From Balanoglossus misakiensis (Eukaryota > Animalia > Hemichordata), in contig CM082598.2 of the NCBI GenBank assembly GCA_040954595.2, positions 4,352,997 through 4,416,996 on the forward strand: a DNA stretch of 64,000 nucleotides, in the 5' to 3' direction. The notes under the pieces are model-generated. The model made no database searches. It was not told the DNA's origin and saw nothing but the letters and a program-made list of their open reading frames with translations. Each line of letters begins with the position of its first letter. Position 1 is the stretch's first letter. Shown here in pieces: positions 50,285 to 63,310 of this stretch. The translations under genes were made by a program, and so were the position numbers.

Positions 50285-50791
50285 GTATAGTAAAGCTATA
50301 TTCCATTCCTAATTAATATGGTAACATGGACAGGTTTGACCTGAGTGCGATCGCAACAAAAGTAACCTATACCATGCTACCATGTACACATTGTTATCGA
50401 CACACCACTGTCCACGTGCATGCATGCTTCGTCAACTTTCTCTGTGTCAACTGTTTGGGCTTTGCAATGTACTGCATGTACATGTACTTTGCCAAAGACG
50501 TTCCGTTTCTGTGATAGCTTCAGATTACCTAGTATTTGTTGGTAGGTGGTGGGTTTCATTCTTGAAATTTGGTCATTCTGGTATTCTCATGTCGTATGCA
50601 TGGATTGTAACTCGTACACACTCAAGAAATGACAAATTCTTGGTCATTCTGCTCATACTGGCTCAAAAATTGACAAATTCTTGACTTAAGTTGTATCAAA
50701 CATAATTAATAGAAAAGGGGGCAGGGAGAGAGAGACTTTGTCCCTTTAACTGCTGATCATGTCTCTAAACACTAATGTTTTGTCATACTAG

Positions 50792-52827
50792 GGTAAAACT
50801 GGATACCCCTGGATTGATGCTTGTATGGTGCAACTGAAACGCCAAGGCTGGATTCATCATGTTGGCAGACATGCAGTGTCTTGCTTTCTGACTCGTGGGG
50901 ATTTGTGGATCAGTTGGGAGGAGGGTTTGCAGGTACGTCTGGTGTTAGATGGAGTGTGGATGCAGCCTTGCAAAGTTGCACATGATATAGCACTCACAGG
51001 CAGCAGATTCAAATCTTTAACTCTGTCAAAATTTGACCGATCTTTGTTCAAAACTATCTGCATCAATATTAAAGGTTTCTTGATTAGAAACTTGACCAGT
51101 GCACTTGGGATATATGACATGTTTATAGGGTACCTGCTTTTTTCCTCATATTATTTGAAGAAAAATACTTTAGGCATGTTTTGCCAAATAATAATTAACC
51201 TTTTGTCATTTATTTCTTTTTACACAACAGGTGTTTTTGCAATATTTGCTGGATGCTGATTGGAGCATTTGTGCTGGGAATTGGATGTGGGTTTCTAGTT
51301 CAGCATTTGAACGTGCTCTGCAGTGCCCTAAATGTTTCTGTCCGGTTCGATACGGTCACCGCATGGACCCATCTGGTGAATTTGTAAGGTAGGCAGAGAA
51401 AGAGTTTAATTTTGTACATACACATCTTACAGGGTGAGAGTAATCTGAAGTGCATAAGTGTTACTTTTCTGTTTAAGCACACCATCAACATTGTTCTTTT
51501 ACTGTTCAGGAAAACCCTGCCAACCAAATATCAAGATTACTTGTAAATTTGTTAAAAAAGTAATGACTCATTCATTGTCTAGTGTACAACTTCATTGTTT
51601 GCAATGATGTACATTGTAGCAGTTTCACTACAGTGTAATACAAAGTAACAACTACATTGTTTGGAATGATGTACATTGTAGCAGTTACACTACAGTGTAA
51701 TACAAAGTAACAACCACATTGTTTGCAATGATGTACATTGTAGCAGTTACACTACAATGTAATACAAAGTAACAACCACATTGTTTGCAATGATGTACAT
51801 TGTAGCAGTTACACTACAATGTAATACCAAGTAACAACCACATTGTTTGCAGTGATGTAAATTGTAGCAGTTACTCTTCAGTGTAATACAAAGTAACAAC
51901 CACATTGTTTGCAATGATGTACATTGTAGCAGTTACACTACAATGTAATACCAAGTAACAACCACATTGTTTGCAATGATGTACATTGTAGCAGTTACTT
52001 TTTGCCTCTACTGTTGTGTCCAACTAGGCAGGGTCCAGACCTGTAAACACATCTGTGGTTAACACCATTGGAAATTGCAAGCTGTTTACATTCATGTCCA
52101 TCAGTATATTTCATAGACCTGTTAATGTAACCATAAAATTATGCAAGCTTCACTGGCTCTGTTGCAAAAATTACAACATTAGCACATTCTTATTACTTAT
52201 TTTGGTTCCGTGTATAGGTGTCCAATCATGTTGATTTCTTTTATCTCCCCGCAGACGTTACTTGCCAGTCCTGAAAGACATGCCATTGCGATACTTGTAT
52301 GAGCCCTGGAAGGCACCAAAGTCTGTTCAGAAAAAAGCCAACTGCATCATCGGAAAGGATTATCCCCCACCAATGGTTGATCACAAGGAGGTGTCCAAGA
52401 AGAACTCTGTCATGATGGAGGAAGTGGTGGCCTGCTTGAAAGAGTGCGGTGAGTTTGCGTTTTAAAATACCACACCTTCCACACTTCTGGTATACAGTCA
52501 ACATAGCCTGAGTGTGATATTCGCAATTGGTGTAGTGTTCATAATGCAATGTTTTTGTTAAGGGTTGTAGCCAGGTACGGTAAATGTTACCGGGGTTCCC
52601 CAGTCATTTTACCTGAGTTTTCCCTCGTTACCGGTATATCAATTGAGTCCGTTAGCAGAATAGTGAGGTTGTAACTGACTTTGTGTTTTCATCTCTACAC
52701 AGCCATTCCCCACTGTGCTCCATCTGATGAAACTGAAGTGCGTTCCTTTGTTTGGCTGCCTGATCACTTGTCTGGTGGTGGCCATTGCACAGCCAATGAT
52801 CTCTGTAATGGTATTCAAGGCATATGA
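50792..52827 (+). CDS. cry: Drosophila-type (light-sensing, type I) cryptochrome, C-terminal part only; exons 50792-50932, 51231-51388, 52255-52448, 52703-52827
   Basis: [72 protein letters not shown], and tail [17 protein letters not shown] resembling the dCRY C-terminal tail. No N-terminal exons found. Confidence 0.9.
51592..51999 (+). repeat. 62-bp minisatellite array 3 (~6.5 units), in a cryptochrome intron
   Basis: Same unit as array 1. Confidence 0.93.
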
Positions 52828-53593
52828 ATCACAGTCACTGATAACAGACCATGCTTTCATGCGAACATCCAGTATCAATGCCTGAAAACCCTTTACACTT
52901 GGACACGTAAAGTAGGGTGATTTTAATAACATATGTAACTAAATTCCTTTGTTCATTGTACTTCTAAATAAATTATAACTTTCGAATTTCTTTTAATTTT
53001 GGATTCTCCTTTGTATGTATAATTAAAATCCTGGATGAAGCATAGAGGGTCACCGTGCTTATTTTGATATGCGCAGCCAGGAATTTAGTCGATAATAGAA
53101 GAAAACGAAATTTATCTCAAAATAGAGGGCAGTGCCCACACAATTTTATATGATGGATAAATTTTTAATTACTGGACAGTAGTAGAACTTTGTGTTCTAG
53201 TAATTATTAATGTAATCGTATGGGGGAAAAAGACGAGTACACACAGTATGTTTTAATTCATTGTGTTTATTGTGCAATTGTCTTTTGTAATACATGTAAT
53301 GAACAAGTGAAATTTTAATAATCCTGTCTTGAAATTCTGCATGATGCAAAGTAATGTAACTGTACTGCTGTTAAATTGATAAAAAAAAAACATGGCAATT
53401 TGATGCTACTTTTGCCTTGTCAATTTTGGCTGTAGTATGAGACAGAAGAAACTGTATGTTGACCGATTTTTATGACTTCCTTTGGCCAAACATTTGTCTT
53501 AAACGTGGCAACAATCGGCCATCTTAAAATTGTGTCGACCATACAAGGTTTTCTTCACAATACCTACCGGTAAATAGCAAAAACCTATTTAAA

Positions 53594-53797
53594 GTAAAGG
53601 GGTCGTCACGCCGCGTTTGTTTATAAACATTACAGTTCATCCACAAAACTAGATAATTCTTAGAATGAACGACATGACAGGGCATGACAGCAACTGAAGA
53701 TCCTAGTAGGTCGTGGCGACTGCAGTGGGGTTAGCTCTGGTACGGGAGGACATATTCTCAAGGGGACCCAATCTGGCGTGACGAACCCTTCCCTTTA
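53594..53797. mobile_element. MITE-like element
   Basis: Imperfect TIRs aaggggtcgtcacgcc / ggcgtgacgaaccctt; second copy at 31.2-31.4 kb. Confidence 0.65.
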
Positions 53798-54365
53798 AGG
53801 TAGGGAGAATTGTAAACTTGTTTGCATATTTCTAACTCCTGATTTATTTCCTAATGTACTGCACCTAGTTTGATAACATTTGTTGAATGTTCAATATTGT
53901 CGTGTATCTAGACTTCTTGCACAGAATTGGATGAAACTATACAGAGATATTGTTTCTATGTGTATTAATTAAACCATATTTGGACACTCAATAAAGTGCA
54001 GTATTGAATCGCCAATCTGTAATCTGTAATCACTATGAAAAGTTAAGAGTAAATTGCACCAAGACATTAGCAGTCAGGCAGATTGTGCATTGTATTCTGT
54101 CTGTCTGCTCATTTGCCAGTCCCATCAAGAACTGACATTGTTTTATTTATTTTTTAAAAGCTACACATACAGTTTTGATATTTAATTTACATGTCACTTG
54201 CGATAATCAATTGTTCAAATTATAGCATGTATTCAGAAGTCATACATTCCGTGGGCTGTACCATTCAATGTTGGGTATGATGAACCGATAGAATCAACGG
54301 GGGGTAATGTTTCGCCTATCATTCTATGATGTCATAAATTAGAATATGCAAATAATATCTTCGGA

Positions 54366-57300
54366 TTCCAACTGGACAATGGAGGACGAAGACCGCGTAT
54401 GATTTCCTTGCATTATTGTGTCTTCCTGTAAATGAAAAATGTAAAGGATCGGTTAAATATTTGCATAGAAGTCAAAACCACACAGGACAAAGACCTTATT
54501 TTGCCTCAAATGCGGTAACTGTCACTTACCGAATTCGAACATCAATTGCAGAAATCCGCGCCAAAATCGTCTTTTTTTCAATTCAACTACTTGTTAGTTT
54601 TTCAGTATGCGGCATATAAGGTGGAAAAGCTTGAATTAGCTGCGATGATGCTCAGAACGGGAAGCTAAAAGTTCCCGCCATCGAACTACACCCAAACCCG
54701 CGAACCACACCCTAAATCAGTCGATCGTATCTACTACATGCGACGCGCTTACAGTCAAGCAAAACAAAATCGACGCGGAAAAAAGGGCTAGCTCCATGTA
54801 GCATGGACTGGCAATAGTATAAACTGTTGAAGTACATACCTGCTGCCGATGTGATGTGCTGTGCGTAGAATTTTGGGGCGGCTAAACTTCAACTGCTGCG
54901 ATGTTGTCACGTAGGCGCTGTCACTCACAATGACTGGGAATCCTTAACTTTGGCCGCAGATTGTTCTCTTCCTGTTAATTTTGCAACTGGACAATGGAGG
55001 ACGAAGACTGCGTAAGATTTCCTTGCATTATTGTGTCTTCCTGTAATTGAAAAATGGAAAGGATCGGTTAGATATTACTATAGAAGTCAAAACCACACAG
55101 GAAAAAGACCTTATTTTGCCTCAAATGCGGTAACTGTCACTTACCAAATTCGTACATCAATACAGTCAAAATGACAGAAATCCGCGCCAAAATCGTCTTT
55201 TTGTCAATTCAACTACTTGCTAGTTTTTCAGTATGTGGCATGATAAGGTGGAAAAGCTTGAATTAGCCGCGATCATGCTCAGAACGGGAAGCTAAAAGTT
55301 CGCGCCATCGAACCACACCCAAACCCGCGAACCACACCCTAAATCAGTCGATCGTATCTACTACATGCGACGCGCTTACAATCAAGCAAAACAAAATCGA
55401 CGCGGAAAAAAGGGCTAGCTTCATGTAGCATGAACTGGCAATAGTATAATTTTTTGAAGTACATACCTGCTGCCGATGTGATGTGCTGTGCGTAGAATTT
55501 TTGGGCGGCTAAACTTCAACTGCTGCGATGTTGTCACGTAGGTGCTGTCACTCACAATGACTGGGAATCCTTAACTTTGGCCGCAGATTGTTCTCTTCCT
55601 GTTAATTTTCCAACTGGACAATGGAGGACGTAGACCGCGTATGATTTCCTTGCATTATTGTGTCTTCCTGTAATTGAAAAATGGAAAGGATCGGTTAGAT
55701 GTTTCCATAGGAGTCAAAACCACACAGGACAAAGACCTTATTTTGCCTCAAATGCGGTAACTGTCACTTACCGAATTCGAACATCAATAGTCCAAATTGC
55801 AGAAATCCGCGCCAAAATCGTCTTTTTTTCAATTCAACTACTTGCTAGTTTTTCAGTATGCGGCATGTTCATAAGGTGGAAAAGTTTGAATTGGCCGCGA
55901 TGATGCTCAGAACGGAAAGTCAAAAGTTCGCGCCATGGAACCGCACCCAAACCCGCCAACCGCGCCCTAATCTGTCGATCATATCTTCATGCGACGCGCT
56001 TTAAATCAAGTAAAGCAAAATCGACGCGGAAATAAGGGCTAGTTTGATGTAGCAAGGACTGGCAATAGTATAAAATGTTGAAGTACATACCTGTTGTCGA
56101 TGTGATGTGCTGTACTGTGCGTAGATTTTTGGGCGGCTAAACTTCAACTGCTGCGATGTTGTCATGTAGGCGCTGTCACTCACAATGATGATCGAATTAT
56201 GTTCAGTGCAGAGACTGGACTTGCTATTTGCATATTCAAATTATGACTTCATAGATTGACAGACACGTGAATAAACAAGCATCAGCCAATAGATTCAAAC
56301 ATTGCGCCAACCGTCACTCCACCTTTGACAGTTGTGTATGCGTGCATTCAGGAACAATGCATTCAGTGGTTATGCTGTTTTATGTAACAGAGAAACCAGG
56401 TGTCATCGACAATGGACAGCCTTCATAGTGAGAATTCTTCACTAAGGTGGAGTGACGGTTGGCGCAATGTTTGAATCTATTGGCTGATGTTTTGTAATCA
56501 CGTGTCTGTCAATCTATGAAGTCATAATTTGAATATGCCTATGGGAAGTCAAGTCACCGTACTTAATGTGATCGACAGATCAAGTCTTCATTATTGTGAG
56601 TGACAGCGCCTACGTGACAACATCGCAGCAGTTGAAGTTTAGCCGCTCCAAAAGTCTACGCACAGCACATCACATCGGCAGCAGGTATGTACTCCAACAG
56701 TTTATACTATTGCCAGTCCATGCTGCATGAAGTTAGCCCTTATTTCCGCGTTGATTTTGTTTTGCTTGATTTTAAGCGCGTCGCATGTAGTAGATACGAT
56801 CGACAGACTAGGGTGTGGTTCGCGTGTTTGGGTGTGGTTCGATGGCGCGAACTTTTAGCTTCCCGTTCTGAGCATGATCGCGGCTAATTCAAGCTTTTCC
56901 ACCTTATCATGCCGCATCCTGAAAAACTAACAAGTAGTTGAATTGACAAAAAGACGATTTTGGCGCGGATTTCTGTCATTTTGACTATATTGATGTACGA
57001 ATTTGGTAAGTGACAGTTACCGCGTTTGAGGCAAAATAAGGTTTTGTCCTGTGTGGTTTTGACTTCTATGGAAATATCTAACCGATCCTTTTTCAATTTC
57101 TTAAAGGAATGCACAGTAATGCAAGGAAATCATACGCGGTTTTCTTCCTCCATTGTCCAGTTGGAAAATTAACAGGAAATGAACAATCTGCGGCCATAGT
57201 TAACGATTCCCAGTCATATTTGTGAAAATGGAAAACCAAGCTGTAAATTCTTCATCAAGAGAGATGTACGTTACCATCCGAAGATTCCGTTTTGGAACAA

Positions 57301-58810
57301 CACGCAAGTTTCCGGTTGGAAGACCTGCATAGAGAAAGTAAGTCTTGACAACTTTTCCGTTATTGAGTAATGTATTTTTGTGTTAAACATAGGGCCATTT
57401 GCGGGAATATTGTATTGTAAAATGGCTCAAAAAGTTGTTAGCAATACCGAAGGATTCAGAGCACGCTTTGGTTGCTATTGCTGCACGCGCTTTTTCATGT
57501 GCAAAATCTTCTTGTTCCATTGTTGATGTTCTATGGATTTATAGCTCAGGATATTTTCAATGAATACTTTGCTTTTTGAAAACCACCTTTATAATTTCGA
57601 CATGCTAGCGGCTCTAAGAAAGTTAACGTTTGTAAAATTCTGAAATCTTTGGAAAATTCCTTGCAGATTTTTATGAGCTGACTCGTAGCTGTCAACATTT
57701 GCATATATGTGACGTCATTGGCCAAAGGCGCGAAAAAAATGGCGCCTTTTCAAAATTGTATGGTATTCTTATTCTTATTCCGTATTCTTTCTACACAAAC
57801 AAACCATGGGAACTTTTACATTTTGATTGAATTTGAAATGTTAACTTTCGCAAACGTGGCTTGGCAATTTGAATCCTTCGGTATACAAAATGTACCCTAA
57901 TTAAGGATTTCTTGTCGTTTCTTTAAATCTGAACTTCTCGCCATATGGACATGACATGCGAATACTTCTACTCTTACTAAGGCAGCATAAACGTAACATT
58001 TTTAGGTCACAAAGAGTTTAGGAAACAAATTTAATAGAGCGTTTATAAGGTCCGTACTACTAAAGAAAACTTCCGAAACTAGCCCAAATACATTTGAAAA
58101 TAAAACTACACTTTAAATTTAAAAATAACACGTGTCGCTTCTATTGATTGTTGCGGCCCTTCGATACTGCAGGAAGCATGTACCACTATCGTAAATATTT
58201 TACTGCATGCTAACGGAATTTGAGAAATAAAAGAAGTCAAGCTTAAATCGAGTAGGTTTATTAACCTTATCGATATGTTTGAATGTTTGATTTATTTATC
58301 GCCCAAAGTGTATAACAGCAGACTGCAGATTTCAGTGCTATTCCAATTGAACCATTCCAACCAATAATAAATCTGAAATCACCAAGATTTATTTGAATTT
58401 TTTTAAAAGTACTCGAATTTTTGAACGTGTCGATTCCAATCAACAAGTCCAAGTGTAGTGACTAATTTGAGACGGAATTAAGGTCTTTGTCCTGTGTGGT
58501 TTTGTCTTCTATTGAAATATCTAACCGATCCTTTCCCTTTTTCAATTTCTTACAGGAATGCAAGGAAATCATACGCGGTCTTCGTCCTCCATTGTCCAGT
58601 TGGAAAATTAACAGGAAATGAACAATCTGTGGCCATAGTTAACGATTCCCAGTCATATTCGTGAAAATGGAAAACCAAGCTGTAAATTCTTCATCAAGAG
58701 AGAAGGACGTCGCAATCCGAAGATTCCCGTTTTGGAACAAGACGCAAGTTTCTGGTTGGAAGACCTGAATAGAGAAAGTAAGTTTTGACAACTTTTCTTT
58801 TATTGAGTAA
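54366..58810. repeat. Composite foldback-like region: three tandem ~620-bp units (starting ~54368, 54984, 55611), an inverted copy (56591-57216) around a centre near 56385, and a further partial inverted copy (58478-58810)
   Basis: Repeated caactggacaatggagg... units; inner inverted arms ~56230-56326 and 56444-56539; no coding signal. Confidence 0.88.
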
Positions 58811-60323
58811 TCATATTTCGAATAGATAATTTTACACCCATTGTGAGATCCCGTGAGATTAAATTAAATACCGTAGCAACGGATTTCTACCCAATTTATG
58901 AAAGTCGAACTTTTTCGAATAGATAAATTTCAACTCTTTATCATATCTTGTGAGACTTAATTATTTACCGTAGCAACGGATTTCTACCCAATTTATGAAA
59001 GTCGAACGTTTTCGAATATATTAATTTCAACTCTATATCAGATCTCGTGAGGCTTAATTAATTACCGTAGCAACGGGTTTCTAGCCAATTTATTTAAGTC
59101 GAAATTTTTTCGGATAGATAATTTTCCACGCATTATGAGATCTCGTGAGACTTATTTAATTACCGTAGCAACGGATTTCTAGCTAATTTATAAATGTCGA
59201 TCATATTTCGAATAGATAATTTTCGACCTCATTGTGGGTCCCGTGAGATTAAATTAATTACCGTAGCAACGGAATTCTACCCAATTTATAACAGTCGAAC
59301 TTTTTTCGAATAGATAATTTCAACTCTATATCAGATCTCGTAAGACTTAATTAATTACCGTAGCAACGGGTTTCTAGCCAATTTATTTAAGTCGATTTTT
59401 TCGGATAGATAGTTTTCCACGCATTATGAGATCTCATGAGACTTATTTAATTACCGTAGCAACGTATTTCTAGCTAATTTATAAATGTCGATCATATTTC
59501 GAATAGATAAGTTTCCACCCATTGTGAGATCCTGTGAGACTTAATTTATTACCGTAGCAACGGATTTCTAGCCAATTTATAAAAGTCGGTCTTTTTTGGA
59601 ATACATAATTTTCCACCCATTTTGAGATCTCGTGAGACTTAATTAATTACCGTAGCCACGGATTTCTAGCCAATTTATAAAAGTCGGTCTTTTTTGGAAT
59701 ACATAATTTTCCACCCATTGTGAGATCTCGTGAGACTTAATTAATTACCGTAGCAACGGATTTCTAGCCAATTTATGAAAGTCGGTCTTTTTTGGAAAAC
59801 ATTATTTTCCACCAATTGTGAGATCTCGTGAGACTTAATTTATTACCGTAGCAACGGATTTCTAGCCAATTTATGAAAGTCGAATATATAAATTTCAACT
59901 CTTTATCAGATCTTGTGAGACTTATTAATTACCGTAGCAACGGATTTCTACCCAATTCATAATAGTCGAACTATTTTCGAATAGATAATTTTCCACTTAT
60001 TGTGAGATTTCGTGAAACTTAATTAATTACCGTAGCAACAGATTTCTAGCCAATTTATAAAAGTCGCTCTTTTTCGAATAGATAATTTTCCACTTATTGT
60101 GAGATTTCGTGAGACTTAATTAATTACCGTAGCAACGGATTTCTAGCCAATTTATGAAAGTCGGTCTTTTTTCGAATAGATAATATTCCACCCATTGTGA
60201 GATCTCGTGAGACTTAATTAATTACCGTAGCAACGGATTTCTAGCCAATTTATGAAAGTCGGTCTTTTTTTAAATGGATAATTTTGCACCTTTTGTGAGA
60301 TTTCGTGATACTTAATTTATTAC
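58811..60323. repeat. ~98-bp satellite, ~15 units
   Basis: taccgtagcaacggatttctagccaatttat recurs every 96-98 bp (one 86-bp unit). Confidence 0.95.
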
Positions 60324-60698
60324 GAATATCTGTAAAAATATAACTCGCTTTATTGAACTTGTATGTCTTGAATGTTGTTTTCTTAGGCAAATTTTTGTTA
60401 ACTTGTGTTCAAATATCTAACTCCAAAGGTATGGCAGCGCCCTCATGACAGCGCCCTGAATCGGTGGCTCTGTCAATACGTGAACTCAGTCATATACACG
60501 GTGTCTGCCTAAAAAGGAGCTATGATTTCAATAAATTACAGAAATTTCAGTAAATCTTTATTTTGTTCTAAAAACTACAATTACTCTAATTGGCACATGT
60601 GGTGTTTTTTTGCATGTTCTCAGACGTGGTCCATATTGATCAAAGATGAATCCAAATTATTTCGGGTACTGGATGGCTGAAAGAAGAAATACCAGGAG

Positions 60699-60870
60699 CT
60701 CTGGAACTCACTACCTGATGACATTCGTCTAGCTACCAGTCTAGACTCTTTTAAGGGGAAGCTGAAGACTCACTTGTTTAAAACAGCCTACAGTGTGTGA
60801 ACAACCATCGGGCGTCACTGAACAGTTCTCTGGATTTTAGCGCAATGTAAATGTTTTTGATTGATTTTTT
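60699..60870 (+). mobile_element. 3' end of an L2/CR1-clade LINE (5'-truncated)
   Basis: LWNSLPDDIRLATSLDSFKGKLKTHLFKTAYSV* is the typical ORF2 C-terminus, followed by a short 3' tail. Confidence 0.8.
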
Positions 60871-61289
60871 TTATGGAGATGGGCGATTGATATTGGTTAT
60901 GGAGAATCCAAACAACATGAAATACTATATTGATTTTTACTATTTGTGACCAACAAAAAGCAAATGCTTTTCAAATATATTCTCATCAGAAATTATGTGG
61001 CGCAATGCCCGCGGACTCAATAACACTGAACACTGACTAAAAATGACTCTAAACCAATTAAAAAAATATGTATAAAAAATTCCCTCAGACGTCAATACAG
61101 CATGTGCAAAAGCAGTTTAGGACTTAAGACATTCTGCTGCACGTGATGTGATAACACATCACAAAGCAGCCATCATTAGATCCATATGCACATGCTGTAG
61201 ATGCAAGACTCAATAGATGGGTAAAAGGTAAGATGATTAGGTGTTAATTGTGTAAGATAATTTAATAATTTCTGTTGTGATCATTTTAA

Positions 61290-62017
61290 GGTAGTATGCG
61301 CCACAAAATTCAGTCTTAAATTTTTTCTTGTTTGTGCTCAAGGCAATGTTAGATTAATCTCGCAAAATTGAGAATGAAAATTGGGGAAATGGAACCAAAT
61401 TATCTCCATGAAATAATGATTGTTATGAAAACAAGATGGCTGTATTTCTTTTTTCCTTCTAAAAGACTCGTACAATTTCATGTAAAGCTTGGAAGAATAT
61501 CAAACCTTTTCTAAAATTTACTCTAATTTTACAGCAAAGTCTTTTTTAGAAAATGAAACATCATTTTTGTTTGTTTCCAAAAACATTCCTAAACAATTCA
61601 TGTAACACAGAATTGAAAAGTTTGGAAGACTCTAAATTGTTGATAACTTGTTCTTGTATTTTGCTCACAGCAACTTTATATTATTCTAAATATTGTGAAA
61701 AAAATTACGGGCTTAATTGAAAATTTTAAACATAGAAATTTACAGAAACGGTTTCCATGAAAATAAGATGAACACCATTTTCGTTTGTTTGTTCCCAAAA
61801 AGATTCCTAATCAATTAATGTAGCGCAGAATTGAAAATTTTTGAAGATTCTAAATTGTTTTTAATTTGGATTTTGCTCAAAGGAACTTTAGATTACTGTC
61901 TCTTAAAAGTCTGAACGATGGGTAAATTGTTTAAAATTTCGAGCTAAAAATTGCTGCCAATTTGTTTGGAGGACTATCGTTTTCTTCGCAGGATTTGACC
62001 CTGAAGCGCATACTATC
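61290..62017. mobile_element. TTAA-flanked non-autonomous DNA transposon (Kolobok-like) with an internal duplication
   Basis: TTAA|GGTAGTATGCGC ... GCGCATACTATC|TTAA (1 mismatch); ~61550-61750 resembles ~61770-61950. Confidence 0.72.
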
Positions 62018-62139
62018 TTAAGTAATGTTCTAGTATTAACATTAGCATTTTTATGTCAAACTGTTTACTAATACTATGGAATACTTCATTTCAAAGACTG
62101 GACTCGCGTAACCACTGAAAAAGAATCTCATGCAAAATT

Positions 62140-63310
62140 CTCAGTGAAATTAAACCACAGGAATATCGAAAATTTGTTTTCATTAGAAATTTATTTCGGA
62201 CATGTTTACAAGAAAAAGTGAAAATAAAATCACAGGAAAGTTCATATTTGTTTACACTAAAATTTATTTCGGATATGTTTACAAGAAAAAGTGAAAATAA
62301 AATCACAGGAAAGTTCATATTTGTTTTCACCAAAGATTTATTTCGGACATGCTTAAAAGAAAAAGTGAAAATAAAACTATAGGAAAATTCAAAATTTGTT
62401 TACACTAAAATTTATTTCGGACATGTTTTCAAGTAAACGGGAAAATAAAATCACTGGAAAATTCAAAATTTGTTTTCACCAAAAATTTATTTTGGACATG
62501 TTTACAAGAAAAAGTGAAAACAAAACCACAGGAAATTTCAAACTTGGTTTTCTTAAATGATTTATTTCCAACAACAATGACACGTTTCGAAGAAAAAGTG
62601 AAAATAAAATCACACAAAAATTCAAAAGTTGCTTTCACCAGAAATAAGTTCCAGTCAAAATGAAGTATTCAACGGTACTGTATTTCTCCTGGTTCAGCTC
62701 GGGGGGCCTCATATGCTAAATTTCCAAAGGGTGGGAGGGGCTTGCCCTTAGTATGTTTAAAATGGTCTTGTAGCAGATTTGTTGAAACACTTAGGCAAAA
62801 GTAAAGATCATGATATTTATTGAAAAATGAAAGTGACTAAATTTAAATTTATACACTCGCCCAATGTATCAGATGACAGGAAAACACTTAACTCCAAAAC
62901 AAATTGTAGATAAAACTCTATTTCCCACTTCTGCTCGAAACACTAAAATTTACACTAAAATTTATTTCGGACATGTTTAAAAGAAAAATTGAAAATAAAA
63001 TCACAGGAAATTTTATATTTGTTTCACAAAAAATTTATTTCGGACATGTTTACAAGAAAAAGTGAAAACAATATCATAGGAAAATTCAAAATTTGACTAA
63101 AATTTATTTCGGACACGTTTTGAAGAAAAAGTGAAAATAAAATCACAGGAAAATTAAAAATTTGTTTACACTAAAATTTATTTCGGACATGTTTTCAAGA
63201 AAAAATGAACATAAAATCACGGGAATGTTCAAAAAATTAGTTTTTACTAAAATTTTATTTCGGACATGTTTACAAGGAAAACTGAAAATAAACTCATAGG
63301 AAATTCAAAA
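62140..63310. repeat. ~73-bp AT-rich satellite in two blocks (62140-62640, 62950-63310)
   Basis: aaatttatttcggacatgtttacaagaaaaagtgaaaataaaatcacagg recurs at ~73-bp spacing. Confidence 0.9.

Noticed and set aside
54416-57114. Repeated ORFs (MCLPV...) within the 620-bp units
   Set aside because: Frames are not conserved between units (indels and stops), so this is a non-coding repeat
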